A stretch of 63,627 nt of DNA, filler included, from Licmophora abbreviata (lineage: Eukaryota), in assembly GCA_900291995.1 (NCBI GenBank). It is 10 parts of 10 records of this genome, joined end to end, with 100 filler letters (N's around TTAATTAATTAA, not from the genome) between each part and the next. Parts side by side here need not be neighbours in the genome. Positions count along the whole stretch, not along the records: positions 9,513 to 35,197 come from OLMU01004636.1; positions 35,298 to 43,166 come from OLMU01004637.1; 8 more parts are not named here. One strand, given 5' to 3'. The notes under the pieces are model-generated. The model saw nothing but the letters and a program-made list of their open reading frames with translations, was not told where the DNA came from and made no database searches. Shown here one piece after another: positions 23,165 through 36,315 of this stretch (position 1 is the first letter of the stretch; each line of letters opens with the position of its first letter). The position numbers and the translations under genes were made by a program.

Positions 23165-25168
23165 GACTGAACAACTGCATCAAAGGACGACGGCTATCAA
23201 CTACTTATACCCAAGCCAGCGACTGTAAAGGGCTTTGGTCGTGGAGGACCTGTACGAGTCGAATAGAAGATGATAGATTCGCTAGAGTATCGGTAGACAG
23301 TAAGGAGAGATTCGGGATTTGGTTGTTGCTTCCAATAGCACAATCGTACTGTTTTTGATCAGTTCAGGTTTGGCCCTTGTCATTTCCCGATGGCGTAAAC
23401 CCTTGTCGTCGTCATTGCAATGCTTGAGACCGGCACGGAGGCTAGGCTATTCTGATTCTGACTGGCTCGACTCAACTCGACTGACTCGACTGACTGAATG
23501 TGTCACAGCCACAACCCGCCGGCTTCCGGGACCCAGACCGGTACTCAAACCACCCGTAACCGCCAAAACTCAATTGCTCGACGTATATTGAATCAAGCGT
23601 GACGTCGCGAATTTTGGCGAAACCTCCATACATGTGGACGCTCTAGTGATATGATTGTATATGTAGAGATAGGAAATCATAAATTATGATAGCATTCGTT
23701 TACGTCTACCTATGACGCGCTCTTAATTTTTGGTATTTAGAGGCGTAGACAAGAATCAATGAAGTGTCTCTAATCCTGCAAAAAAATTCGTCGCAACCGG
23801 GGCAACAATCTCCAAGGAGGTACACGACTTTGTCGCGGACTGTCTCTCGCTGGCTCGTTATTGAGCCCTCGAGGCACTAACAGTCGCTGGTGCTGTAAGC
23901 AAATAACGGAAAACGTGGTCCAGAGTTAATGTAAGTTGTGAACAGCAGGATTTCTCGGAAGGACCATGGCGGTCTCGCCAGTTCATTTATAATTCGGATG
24001 GGCAGCCACTTCACAAGATGCGGCCGATAAATTGATGCTGCTTCGTATCCGAACATGCTTCGACTGATCCTCTTCGGTTTGAAATTCAATGGAGATACTA
24101 CAATGGGAGTTGGAACAAGCAAAGATGCAGCTGTGGCTAGTATTCTTGATGCGCGACACTAGGCGACAAAATGGCAAACCGGGCGGCGAAGCCACTTTCC
24201 CTGAGACCCCTCTTGCGCTTGTTCCGCCAAATTTCTCGATTTTGACAACGGTTTCATGTTTTATGGTGGTATCATGCCCCTAATGAAGACATCTGGGTCT
24301 GTGTTGCGGTGAATTGGTTCCGCATTGAGCCGCTGTTTTCGCCATGGCGCAGGCCATTCCTCATTTTCCGCGAACCGCGACGCCCTCGCGCTCTGAATTT
24401 TTCGGCACTTTTCTCCTTGGACGAGCAAGGTCGCGTTTCAACATTCCCCTCTGAGGACTTTTCCATTTTTCTACGTGCATTGGTACGCGTATGCAGGATA
24501 GCATTCGGCAGTATCCATTCTGTTAGACACTTTGGCCGGCTGGCTTGGGTGAAGGTTTGAATCCCGTAGTCTTTGAAGACTCAGAACCTGATGCGGCTGC
24601 CAGACAGACGACAATTTTGGTTGGGGATCTTTGATCTTGTCACGCAAGCCGTCATTGGTCTCTGCGTTGAGCATTTCTGTCGATTGTGAGCGCCCGACAC
24701 TCTCCTCCTCCCTCTAGAGCGTCCCCCCTTTTCTGCGTTACCTCCGCACGAAAGGAAAGGCGGCTGCCGTTGGCCTCATTTTCCTCTTTTCGGGCAAACT
24801 CGCGTAGAAGCTCTGCTTCCACCCTTTCAACTGTGACTCACGCGACTTGGCGCTGCTTCTGCTTCTCTCTCCTCCCTCCCTCACTGTGACCGACGCGACT
24901 GCCACACACTTTGATCGAATTGACTCGCCGCTGCTTTGATTTCACGACCGTTGGACGCCTCTTTGCTTCGTGTGCATCGGTGCGGATTCGTCGCTATTCA
25001 AATTCCATTGGACCGGTACTCGATCTACGTATATTTCTACGTGTACATTCCAACCGTCATTTTTGCCACGTTCTGGCGACTATTGACATTCACTCCATCA
25101 TCACTATCACACTGTGGACGTCTCCGCCTCTCTGCCTGCCATCGTGATTGATCCTTCGCTCCGTGTGC

Positions 25169-27850
25169 ATGTCAACAACTGCTACAATGGAATCCTCGCT
25201 TTGGTCTCACTTATTCTCGTCGACCGATGGTCTCACAGTGGATCCGTCTTTCGAAGACAGCGCCGCTCTTGCACCGCCACCGGGTTTTGATACGTTGAGC
25301 GGACATTCTGAAAGCACTACTCGCCTTTTCATGGGATCGCACAGTAACGGATCGACAGCGATCGCTGTGATACCGGCCGACGGACAACGAGACGACCATC
25401 CGTCGACCTCGGAACCTTCCATTCCACGTCGTAATCTCACGGAAGCATTCGAAGAGCTGTACGTCGAGACACCGGCCACAGACGACACGGTGACACCGGA
25501 AGTCCAGCCGGAAGACATCGAGTCATCGAACGCTTCCAAGACCTCGATCGTGTCTCCCACTGGCGTCGCAGAGCTTCATGCGAGTTCGACGGGCGTCTCG
25601 TCGCCTGTAGCTAGCGAATCCTCTGGTGAGGAGAGTGCGCTTGCGCTCACCCTTCCGTCATTTTCTCTTCATCCGCTACTACAACGAGACCTGTCACAGT
25701 CCCTCGTAAATCGAGTTTCTCTACATTCCATCATTCATGATGTCAATAAAGAAGCAACGTCCATGGCTGCCAACGACGACTCTTCTTTCTCTCAGACAGG
25801 ATCCATGGATGAGGACAAGATCGTTACAGCGGCGCTTATTGACGAAGAAAAGTGGCTCTTGTCGGTCATTGAAGCTCGCGATCTTCCAGAAGTCGACACA
25901 GTTTCGGCGTGTCCTCCTACTTTTCTGCAAGCGATGGGTGAGAAGGAGTACGATAGCTCCTTGTCCACGGCGAGTCGAGAAACGAACCGGACGACTCTGT
26001 GGAAGCCCTCGCGAAGCTGGTGGGAGGCCAAGAGCGGCAAAAATCCTTGGATTGAACCAAGTAGTCACAATAAGCGTTGGCGGTACGTAGTGACATGACC
26101 ATCGCTCGTAACCATTGAATCTGAGACGATGGTGCTTCTGACCTCTCGATTGTTTTACGCTTTCCTTTTACAGCTTCCTTTGGCCTCTTATTCATTATCA
26201 CAAGCTACTAACAAAGTGCATCAAGAAACTCAAGCGAAACGGAGTTGACGTCAAGACATCGTTGTCTCCTGTTGCTGTCTTTCTTCGCGAAGAAGTATGC
26301 GCGGTTTCCGATCATCTGGCAGCTGTCTCATTGTACGATTCAGCAGAGTGGATGGATTGTCTTTCATTTTTCCGAGGCTGGACCGATACGGACCCGAAGT
26401 CTGAAAAGCGACTTCGGTCTATAATCTCCAGTATCGAACTGCGACCCTTGTCAGAACCACAAGACGTGGACAGCGCTTTGTCGCGAAATCAGATCGACGA
26501 GAAGTTCCTTCGAGCAATGTCTTCGGCGCGGGAGCAGATTGACAAGTACCGCGGCAGTGATGGCCAAGTGAAGACCGATGGAAGACCCCCACGTCACTTT
26601 GAGAAGTCAGCTCGCCGGAAATTTGCTGGTGCTAACCAGAATTCATTGAAGGTACGCTTGTGACGACAAGAGCGCTTCGCGTTCATTGGCGACGTAGATC
26701 CACCGCTGACGTGTCTATTCTATTTCTACTTTCTGAACTTCAGGCGCCCTCTGGTGGAAATATCTCGAAGGCAAAGTCGAGTCCTCGGCACTTGTCCCTC
26801 AACTCATCCAAGCAGCTGAGTATGGATGCTGCCAAACATCGATGGGGATATCCTTCACACGGCGGCCAGTGGTGGGGAGGCGGATGGCCGCAGTACGCGT
26901 ACTGCGACGAGACTAGTGTCCATTCCGCTCTCACTCATGATAGTCACACGAAGCCGCAGCATCAGAATGGCGGAATGTACACTGGATACGGACCTCATGC
27001 GCCACCATTTTATCCGCCTCCGATGACACGAGAACAGTACGAGTACTACTACGGCCATGTGCCGCAGTATTCCGGTCAATACCATCATCAGGTAGATCCA
27101 GCGTTTGCCGACTCGGGGTGGGTGGGTCATCCTCGACCGTGCATGGATCCTGGACTAGCGTATGGTCCGCCTCAGCAAACAATGGACAGCTCGGGATATA
27201 TGGCGCCGCCTGGCACCCCTGGTGGTCCATCGTCGCCGTATCAAATGGTAAACCCGTATGTTCAGTCTCCAGCACAGGGCACTGTAGGGGGTGGTAGCGA
27301 GGGCGAGCACACTCCTTTCAACTACGACCCAAGTGCGGTTCCAGTTTCGCCATTCTTTGGGGAATGGCGACACATTGATGCGGCAATCATGCAAGGTTTG
27401 ATGACTCCGGGCAAGGCATCGCCACATACTCCTCCTCGTGAGACAAGCAATGAAGCCGGTGAAGCTTGCGAAACGCGGGAAGATTCGGTCGAGTTTGCCA
27501 AGACTGCGAATCCACTACTCATCAACGGATCTCACTACTACCATTTCGGATACGGGGCACAAGAAGGCTATGCTCCCCCCAGCCCCGCGACGCAATTCAT
27601 GATGTCCCCATCAAATCCTGGATCGGTACCATTTTACCCACAAGCTCAGAGCTACGGGTCGCACGGCTTCTCTCCTCGCCGATCAGTATCTCATCAGAAG
27701 AAACCTCCGCCGTCTACCGTTGCAGAAAGCAGTGACATAGACGAATCTACTGCACCGACGACGGACGCGGAAGAGGAAGGTGTGGTCACCCCTCCACCAG
27801 CTGTCCGAAAAATGACGATCGATGAGAGTGTTGAAGCCTCGTCGACGTAA
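25169..27850 (+). CDS. Multi-exon hypothetical protein with a Trp-rich core and a Pro/Tyr/Gly-rich disordered tail
   Basis: ORFs 25148-26098, 26262-26663 and 26660-27850 joinable via GT-AG introns near 26083-26173 and 26652-26743; LWKPSRSWWEAKSGKNPWIEP motif. Confidence 0.7.
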
Positions 27851-28007
27851 CGTCATTTTTCGGTCCGTGCGCAGACGTTTACAGTATCTATTTTCCGATA
27901 TTGACGCGTCTCGGTGATGTACATGTTGTTGACCTGGCATCTATGATAGGTATGCCATGTCTATAGATCTCATAAGACTCACTCCTACGCTAGCTAGAAA
28001 CAAGTCT

Positions 28008-30408
28008 CTAGCTGTACTGCTCCTCAGCATCGTCCTTTTGCTTGTTGGCTTCATCTAGGAGATCCTGCTTGCGTTCAGTGCCTTGCTGAACCATGCGATC
28101 GATCTTCTGCGCTTCTTCGTCGTTTCTTTCTTGAATGCGGTTCAGCTCTTCGTCCACGTCGGAATCGACGATTTTGGTTTCCGGCTCGAATTCGTGAAAT
28201 TCGCCATCCCCATACTCCTCGGTTTCTTCCATGTCGGACTTTCCTTCGGCCGCCTCGGCTTCGGACTTTTGGTTCCTCTTGAGAAATGTACGAAAGATCG
28301 GGTTTTCGCTTTGTGCCTCGACTTCCTCGTCATCAAAGGCACCAAGTAGGCGCCCTACCTTCGCCGTGAGCACCTTCTTATCGTCGGCGTTGACGACTTC
28401 AAAGCACCATCCCTGGGTCATGACGAAATCTCCTGTTCGTGGAATTTCTCCAGCGCACATACAGAGGAAGCCACTCAAAGTCGCAAACTCCTTCAAGGCT
28501 TGTTCCGGATCCAAGTTCAGTTGCAGGATCGCGTCGCAGTCTTCCAAGTCGGCATCACCTCGAATCAAGAAAGTTCCGTCCTCCTGCATGGTGATGGAGT
28601 CCTCCGAGAACTCGAAATCGTCCTCGTCGTCCTCGTCATAAATTTCGCCAACCACTTCTTCGACAATATCCTCCAAAGATACCAGCCCCTCGGTGCCACC
28701 ATATTCGTCCACGACAATCGCGATGTGCACACGACGCCGGCGCATCTCCTGAAGCACCGACCAGCCATCAGCGGTGTCAGGAACAAAGTAACATGACTCA
28801 ATGAGACCAGCATCCGAGATTGAGGTCTCCATACGCGACGCGAGTTCTGTCCCCGTAAGAGAGCGCACATATTTCTGCTGTGCGTTGCCTTGATTTCCGA
28901 TTGGAATCCGTTCGGTCGAGTACAGTGCCCCTACCTCTGCCAACGTTGAACTTTCGGCCGTTGCGGCCACATCTTCGCTCTTGTTGCTGCTGCCGCTGCT
29001 TTTCTTCTTCATTACGTCGCCATCTTCCACAATTACACCCTTTACGAAAAAGTCCAGGACACTCTTGGCCAAGCAAATCCCGACAATGTTATCAATCTCC
29101 CCGTCATAGACCGGAATCCGACTGTATCCACTCTCACGGACAATGCCCAGCACACTTGCCACGCTCATATCCTTGGGGACCGCGATGATTTCCACGCGCG
29201 GCTTCATAATTTCTTTGACGCGTTGATCCTGTAAGTTCAATACACCCTGAATCATCTCCTGCTCGCCATGATCAATCGTTCCCGAGTCTCTGGCTCCCGT
29301 CACAATAAGCCTCAATTCTGAGTCTGATACCATGCCCGATCCACCATTCTTTCCTTTGAACCCCAACATCGAAAGCGTCTTTTTCGACAGATATGACAAG
29401 GAAATTCCCAACGGAGCCACGACCCCTGAAAGGATATTGACTGGGGGGACAATCAACCGCGCCACGCGCTCTGCATTACTCACACCTATCGACTTTGGCA
29501 AGAGCTCGACAAAGAACAATGTAATGATGGTTAATGCGATAGCTCCATACCGTTCCCCGCGCGTTCCAAAGACACTGGCCACCAAGTGGGTGAATATGGT
29601 CGTCGCAAAAATCGATGCCGCCGTGGATGTTACAAGAATCGTCGTCAAGACACGGGTAATGTCTTCGTTCAGGATTTTAAAGGTGCCTCTCTTATTACCA
29701 CCCTGCTTTTCTTCTTCTTCGGCAAACTCACGAACCTTCCAGGGATACAAGGTTGTAATCGCAATTTCGGCAGCGTGCAATAGAGCAAGGCAGACAAAGA
29801 GACTGAAAAAGACGGCACCGGCTGTAATCGCCTCGTTTCTAAGAAGAAGGAAGAGTCAAACAGATAAGAAAAGTAAGAAAAACGATAATATACGCGAGAA
29901 GCAGAATTTTAATAGCAGTATTCAACGATCGTACGTACTTTGCCATGGGCGGAATGGGATTGTTGGAGGAGCTCATGCCACCTCCCATGGCCGCAAGAGC
30001 GGCTCTTGGCTTCGAAATGGAAAGCATGCCGATGAGCATCATCGCCGCCGCCTTGATGCGCTGTCTCTTGGAACCTTGATGATGAGGGCCTATTCGCGAT
30101 CTCGATGCCCCCATCCGCTGCCGTAGACGGGAGAAGCTGGCGCGGATGGATGGTCTCGACTCCCGTTCTGGAGGAGTATTCAATGATGCTGTCTCCGACA
30201 CCATCAGGAGCGAGCTAGTAGCAGGCCTTGACGGGGGTGGTTTGGCATGATAAAAATGGAGATTTATCAGTGACGGAGAGTGCATGCGCCCGACCCGTGA
30301 TGAATCAGCGGTTCTTGACAAAGACGGTGGAGGTCGAAAGGCAAGAGTCGTCGGTGAACTCATGTAAACAGCCACGGCTGTCAGTATCAACCTTCTGAAA
30401 TCGCCCAT
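28008..30408 (-). CDS. CNNM/DUF21-CBS-CorC Mg2+/Co2+ transport protein, probably plastid-targeted; intron 29839-29938
   Basis: AAEIAITTL, FVELLPKS, EIMKPRV, SGYSRIPVY, AIVVDEYGGTEGLVSLEDIVEEVVGEIYDE and CorC_HlyC tail; signal peptide (TLA/FRP). Confidence 0.9.
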
Positions 30409-31134
30409 CCTTTCTATTCTAGTATCGCAGGGTCACTTCACGGGGTTTCGGTTGGAGAGGGGGGCAGAGACGAATGAGAAGAAGATTTAGCCTCGACCTG
30501 AAAGCATAAAGCAGGAATGTATGGCCATCATCGTCCTTACTACGAGTATGAGGTTTTTTTTCTTTTTTCGTATTGTCGTTTTGCCGCCGGTCAGCTTTCA
30601 AGCGTTTCGTCAGAACGGCCTGACGGACAGGCCCGGTCCCTAAAAGTCTAAAGTTTAAAGCTCGATTTCGGGTACTGGTAGACCACTTCTTCTTCCATCG
30701 GGCCTGGCATTTTAGCTTGCCGGTACTCCTAGTTTGGCGCTATACTGGACTTCTGACTGAGACCAGAGAAAGCGTCGCGTTGTGGACAAGTGCCATCTCA
30801 TTGATTGGAAAGATTGCTCAATTAGAAATAATTTCGCGTTCAAGAAAGTGGCAGTGCGGTCCATCATGCGGCAATGCCTCTGGTACGTACGATAGCTTCT
30901 GTACCGGCAACTTGATCGTACCGGGTACAGCTTGACTTTAAGAGAAACTACAACACTCAATGTATACCACTCATGAAAGTAAGAGCCAGAGTTACACTTT
31001 TACAGTGCATCGAGGCGTAGGCCGTTCGCATGCGACTATATAATGCTGTATGGTTCAAACAGTACAACCGGTAGAGCAAGAGTCGATACGATCGTACAAA
31101 TCGTGACGCGTGACACGCACGTAGCATAGTCTCT

Positions 31135-32634
31135 CTAGGCAGTGCCCGATGCGGGCAGAGTAGGAGACGGAGAACTCTCGGTTCGCGGTACAAAGGCTGG
31201 TTGAGGGGAAGTCCGATGACCGCCCGTCAGAAAACGGGATGACGCAGCCTCTGCAATCACATCCGGTCCAGCTCGTTCCACCGTTCGGAGCCACTCGTAC
31301 GCCTTTCGTTCCTTATTGTTCTTTTTCGTTCTCTTCTTATGACGTGCCGCCTTGTGAACGTCGTCAAGTTCATCCTTCTCGTCATCTGCCTCGTCACTCC
31401 ACTGTACCTGGGCTTCTGGATAAGCGTCGCCCATGACCACCGGTGGCACTGGATTCGGAAATGTAGAGACGCCTCCCAACTTTAGAACAGCGCTCCCGAC
31501 TGCTTCTTCCTCCGGTAAATACAAACTAGACCCCCGACTACTCAGACTAATATCGTCCTCTTCTTCGTACGCTCCCACTAGCACGTCTTCTTCGTCAGTG
31601 TACGAGGTAGTACTTCCATTCAATTGATTGGCCATGCGAATGGACGGAGTGGAAAACTGACGCTCCTCCATTGGCAACGCCGGCTGGAAAATCTGGTGGA
31701 CACTATCAGCGCCAATCCCCACCACCAAATCATCTCGCGTCGGCTGATAGGGCTGCACTGTGGACGGCAGAAGCACACCGTGTTGTTGCTCATAGGAACG
31801 CTGGGACTGAAACGAGTAAAACTGACGTCGCGACGGAAACTGTACAGACGGAATCGATGCCTGCTGCTGCTCCTCCTCCCCGTGAACGTCGTTCTGTACT
31901 TCCACTTCATTCTCATAATTGTAAGCACCAAAGGTTTGTTCGAGCGACGGGACGCTCTTGCTGCGTTCCGCAGTGGGAAGAGGGGGCAGAGGAGGCCCCC
32001 TTGCAGAGGTCGATGGCCGAGGCTTCAGGTCACGGCGTGAGGGAAGAGTCAAGTGTTCCCCTTGTAACATGGCCGTGTCATCAGGAGAAACAACCATGCC
32101 TTGAGCATTTTCGACAAATTCGGCGCTTGTATTGTCGGTGACGGGTGTCAGCTCGGCCGCTGCAGGTAGCCGAAAGGCAGAGGTGCCCGTGTTGGTGCGA
32201 GGGGTAGGCCGCCGCTGTCGGACCGCTGGAGAATCCAAGAACTGCGTTCGAGGTGGACTCTTTCGAATTCCGGATGTACCTTCCCTCGAGACTTTCGGAG
32301 ACGTGTCTACAAGACTTGGGCTGGAATGGTTCCGCATGATCGCTCCGCCCCTTGGTGCCTCGGGCGGCGGCATCGGATGGGCCGGCGTCATGAGCGCGTT
32401 GCCAGGCATGCCCTTGCCGCTCATCACTGTCGTGGCTTGCGTGTTCGGAGGTGGAGGTGTCATGATCCGCCAAGGAGATTGATCTCTTCTTTGTCTTGGA
32501 GGAGATACAGACAGCTCCATCATGCGCTCGTTCATACCCCCAAGTCCCGCTTGACGTCGGAGTGCCGACATTTCCCGTTTCTCGTTTCGCTGCGACTGAC
32601 GGTCGTTCCCCCTGCTATCCGACGTCTCTGTCAT
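31135..32634 (-). CDS. Hypothetical low-complexity (Pro/Ser-rich) protein
   Basis: 499-aa ATG-initiated ORF; C-terminal basic stretch and AYEWLRTV...IAEAASSRFL motif. Confidence 0.65.
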   Translation of the reverse strand: MTETSDSRGNDRQSQRNEKREMSALRRQAGLGGMNERMMELSVSPPRQRRDQSPWRIMTPPPPNTQATTVMSGKGMPGNALMTPAHPMPPPEAPRGGAIMRNHSSPSLVDTSPKVSREGTSGIRKSPPRTQFLDSPAVRQRRPTPRTNTGTSAFRLPAAAELTPVTDNTSAEFVENAQGMVVSPDDTAMLQGEHLTLPSRRDLKPRPSTSARGPPLPPLPTAERSKSVPSLEQTFGAYNYENEVEVQNDVHGEEEQQQASIPSVQFPSRRQFYSFQSQRSYEQQHGVLLPSTVQPYQPTRDDLVVGIGADSVHQIFQPALPMEERQFSTPSIRMANQLNGSTTSYTDEEDVLVGAYEEEDDISLSSRGSSLYLPEEEAVGSAVLKLGGVSTFPNPVPPVVMGDAYPEAQVQWSDEADDEKDELDDVHKAARHKKRTKKNNKERKAYEWLRTVERAGPDVIAEAASSRFLTGGHRTSPQPAFVPRTESSPSPTLPASGTA

Positions 32635-33763
32635 GGCCTTCTATGTGTTCCCCTCTTTCACAGGACTCGGAATCACTTCTGAATCAGAGGAAAGGAAAAA
32701 CTGCACTGTCACGCCGAATATATGGTGGCTGATGGCCTCTTCCTTTGAAATTGAGATGTCATGACTCTCCTTCGCAGTCTAAAACGTGCACCTACGTAGG
32801 ATCAACGTGTCCACTAGTACGAAACCCAGGACCACCACCTCCTTGGCCAAAAAAGTTCCGCGAAGCTATATTTTTCGAACGGACAAGTTTCGAATTATTT
32901 AGTGGTGGTTCGATAAGTATCTATGGTACGTCTCCGTTGGGGGTCTTGTATGTCCATAAGAAATTGTGGCGGGAAAATTTGAGTATAAATGTGGTGAAGA
33001 AATCGATAGATTTATGGTATTCAGCTATGAGGTGTGAAGAATTACTTGAAAAAATTATGTCGGTTGGTCCTGATAGACATCAGTTGCATGTCTTTGATAT
33101 TTTTCCAATGACGTGGCAGCTTGTTTCCAAATGTCGTATGTGACGATCTGACCTCATTCTTGCAGTAAGGCCACGTAGCGATAGTACCACGAGATGTGTG
33201 GGTGACGTATGTCTCCGGATCGTCTTGTCGGTGCAACTTCAATGATCCAACGCAACTGCAACTTGGATCGAACCCGGAGAAATTCTTGAAGATGGGAACT
33301 CGAAGAACTTCCGGCGAGAAGTTGTATGACTCCTGATCGGTCGTGTCAAAGTGGTCGTATTTTGAGTGAGGTTTTGCAAACCTTGGAACGATGGATTTTG
33401 GCGCAGTTTCGGATCAAGTCGCGGAGTCCCGTGTGTTCTCAACGGTTCGTTCCACGATATGCCCAATCCCGTCTTTCGGAACGCCGCGACCATGGTGCTG
33501 ATTGGATCTTACGATGGGCAACACCGCCATCACCCTCGTCTTGATTAGTTCTAAGGGAGCCTGTACTTTGAAGATAGAGCACTATTTGAGACCAAGGTTG
33601 TACTTTTCGCTACCATCCTCAAACATCAAGCAACGTCTTGGTAGAGACCGAGAGTGTAACACTAGAGAACATTTCGTGTAGTTATCATGATTTTCATTAG
33701 TTGGCGTTAATGGTCGCATCATGATTTCTCTTTCTATTCTATCATTCCACAATATTATGAATT

Positions 33764-34675
33764 TCACTGGCTGGTAGTTACACAACGAGGCGAGCCATGG
33801 ACAGATCCGTGGTTTGCCATGGCAGTCTTGGCCACCGACGCCTTAGGCGTCAGGTGACTGCGGACCGAGCTGGACGAGTTGCTCCCAATGATCTCAAACA
33901 ATTTGTGCTGCATCTCCACTACTTCCACAGTATTCAATGAAGGGATCATTTTGACAAGTTCGCTCTGAATTTCTGTGGCGTCTTTCATGGAGACCGTGTC
34001 CACCGCATTGAGTACAGCCCCCAATGCGACCGTGGAGGGTGCCACGGTGACCAAGTCGTACTGGTTGACGGCCACTTCGGTCTGGAACTTGGCAAGCTCG
34101 TAAGCCGAATCTTTCTCCGAGTCCGACAAGATGTTTCTCTCGGACAAGAGAGCAAAGAAACTGTGCGCAAATGAGAGCGGCGTAGGAGGGTTCATGCGCC
34201 ACTGAATCGCCGCTAGAATGGAGACTTCCATGTCGGTGACTTGCTGTTCCGTATAGGCGCCGCGGCTGAGTCCAGCGACAATCTTGGGCTCCATGGCTTC
34301 GGGCTCGTGGATCTTGACAGCAGTGTACAAGCAAACCATGGCGGCGAGCTGGAACATCTTGCGGTCGGTCAGACAGTGGCTCCCCGCGGGCGTGGAGAGG
34401 TACCGATCGAGGTAGTTCATGGAGACGGCGACGGTCTCGCGGTTGAACTTGCAAAAGTCAACTACCTGGTAGCACCATTCAGCCATCTTGAAGCGACAGT
34501 CGGCGTCGACGGGGGAAGATGGGATGGTTTCGGACTGGGCGAGATGCACCGACGGCAGTTGGGGTTCCTGCTGGTAGAGATACGCCTCGCAGCGGTATCC
34601 AGTTGCTTCTTGCATGCGCATCACCTCAACGGTCGAGATGATGTCTTCAAAGGCCATGTTGGAGAAGTCGGTCAT
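33764..34675 (-). CDS. Diatom-specific cyclin (dsCYC family)
   Basis: Cyclin box: VDADCRFKMAEWCYQVVDFCKFNRETVAVSMNYLDRYL, FQLAAMVCLYTAVKIHE, MEVSILAAIQWRMNPPT. Confidence 0.9.
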   Translation of the reverse strand: MTDFSNMAFEDIISTVEVMRMQEATGYRCEAYLYQQEPQLPSVHLAQSETIPSSPVDADCRFKMAEWCYQVVDFCKFNRETVAVSMNYLDRYLSTPAGSHCLTDRKMFQLAAMVCLYTAVKIHEPEAMEPKIVAGLSRGAYTEQQVTDMEVSILAAIQWRMNPPTPLSFAHSFFALLSERNILSDSEKDSAYELAKFQTEVAVNQYDLVTVAPSTVALGAVLNAVDTVSMKDATEIQSELVKMIPSLNTVEVVEMQHKLFEIIGSNSSSSVRSHLTPKASVAKTAMANHGSVHGSPRCVTTSQ

Positions 34676-34832
34676 GTTGTTGGAAGATTGTGGCAAGGTC
34701 AGGGGCAAAAGTGGGAAGAGAAGAGTGTTGTCAACGTGTTCGTGATCAGATTTGTGAGACACTTCGCGGGCAATTTCGATTTTTGTTCCTCCGGAATCGT
34801 GTCACTTGCATCCAAGATGTGACAGGTTCCGA

Positions 34833-34865
34833 CCACGTACACGCCACGTACATTTGGTACACGTG
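34833..34865. promoter_or_regulatory. Cluster of ACGT/G-box elements upstream of the cyclin
   Basis: CCACGTACA at 34833 and 34844 plus CACGTG at 34860-34865, about 160-190 nt upstream of the cyclin ATG. Confidence 0.4.
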
Positions 34866-36315
34866 GGTGATTCAATCTTTCGCGAGCATCTTTGTTGTGC
34901 GTGACTGATAAATGACTTATGGGAAAGTCATTTCAGCGATATCGTCGAAAATGGACTTAAGCCAAATGATAAGCCCGGACAGGCTTATGACATAAGAAGA
35001 GTATGTTCTGTATATGCTCATGAGGATATAGCCATACCTTCGACTAGAGACTAATGACTTCCTGAATGACCATGACCCACGACTGCCCAACGCCCGGAAG
35101 CAAGAACAAAGCAAGACTGCTGGAAGATCTTCTCGCCAAAGAAGATTGATTCCAAGATTCCATTCTCGAGCTCGCGCAGGAAGTTTCGACGTTGTTCNNN
35201 NNNNNNNNNNNNNNNNNNNNNNNNNNNNNNNNNNNNNNNNNTTAATTAATTAANNNNNNNNNNNNNNNNNNNNNNNNNNNNNNNNNNNNNNNNNNNNGTT
35301 CTGACCACGAATTCCAGCACATCGCGCCACATCCATGGCACATCGATCTTGGAAGACACTCAGCACACGTCATTCGCTTGCTCAGCAATCGGATCCGTCG
35401 TCAGAGCTCTCTCACCACCTGCGACACTGTTCTGCACAAAGCCCCCTCAACAAAGTTAATAGAGCACATGATGCAGAGTCTCGCCCTTCGTCAATGCCGT
35501 CCAGTCTTTCTCACAGGGCCAAGCCTCGCTCCGCTCGCCGCAGTGGCCGGGGCAACGACCTTTGCTATTTTTTGGGTGCGACATTCGATCAACAATTCCA
35601 GCTCATCTCGACCCTACGCTGTTCGTACACTGCATCATCATTCCAAAGTTCGACGACATACGACTCGACAGTACTTGGTTTTCGAACGAGATGGTGGTGT
35701 AAAGAACTACGAGGCATCTCGAATGTCCAACGACAGTTTCTCGCCGGGCCATGACCGATCCATGTTTCAAGACCTGGCCAATGAATCAATCGGATGACGT
35801 CTTCACTGTCCTTACACACGCGACCCCAATAGAACGCGAGACAATGATTGAGACAAGCAAAGGAACTCTTAGAACTATAGACCATCACACTTCCAACTAT
35901 CAGCTAGTAGTGCATGTGCCAGTGTACTTGTTTGCCAGCGTATAATAAGATAGCTGAGCACCATCGTCAACAACGTAAAAGTGCCTTCAAATCAAATCTA
36001 GTATACGAGTGGTGAGATTGTGAAAGAGACATGTGGAATATCTTGGAGGGATTGCTCAAGACTCGAGCGGCCCTTGGTCTCTCGTTGTGTGGCTGCCAGC
36101 CTGCTGCTTGTTTGTTAGCTGTCTTCCGAAAGGGGGCCATGCCTAACATGAGATGTCAATTCCAGGCAGGGGACCCCCCTGTTTACCAGGGTCGTAGCTA
36201 CCTCTCGCCCCCAGCAATCATTAATCGTGGATGGGCTTGACTGTTCGCACTAATCGCTTTCCTTTTACGTTTATTAAGAGGGAAGTGAACCGACGCACTG
36301 CCGGAAGTCATGTAA

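Noticed and set aside
23450..23500. GACT-rich microrepeat (also near 7281)
   Set aside because: Short simple-sequence repeat with no evidence of function
32745..33548. Short ORFs between the low-complexity gene and the cyclin
   Set aside because: No recognisable domain or consistent exon chain
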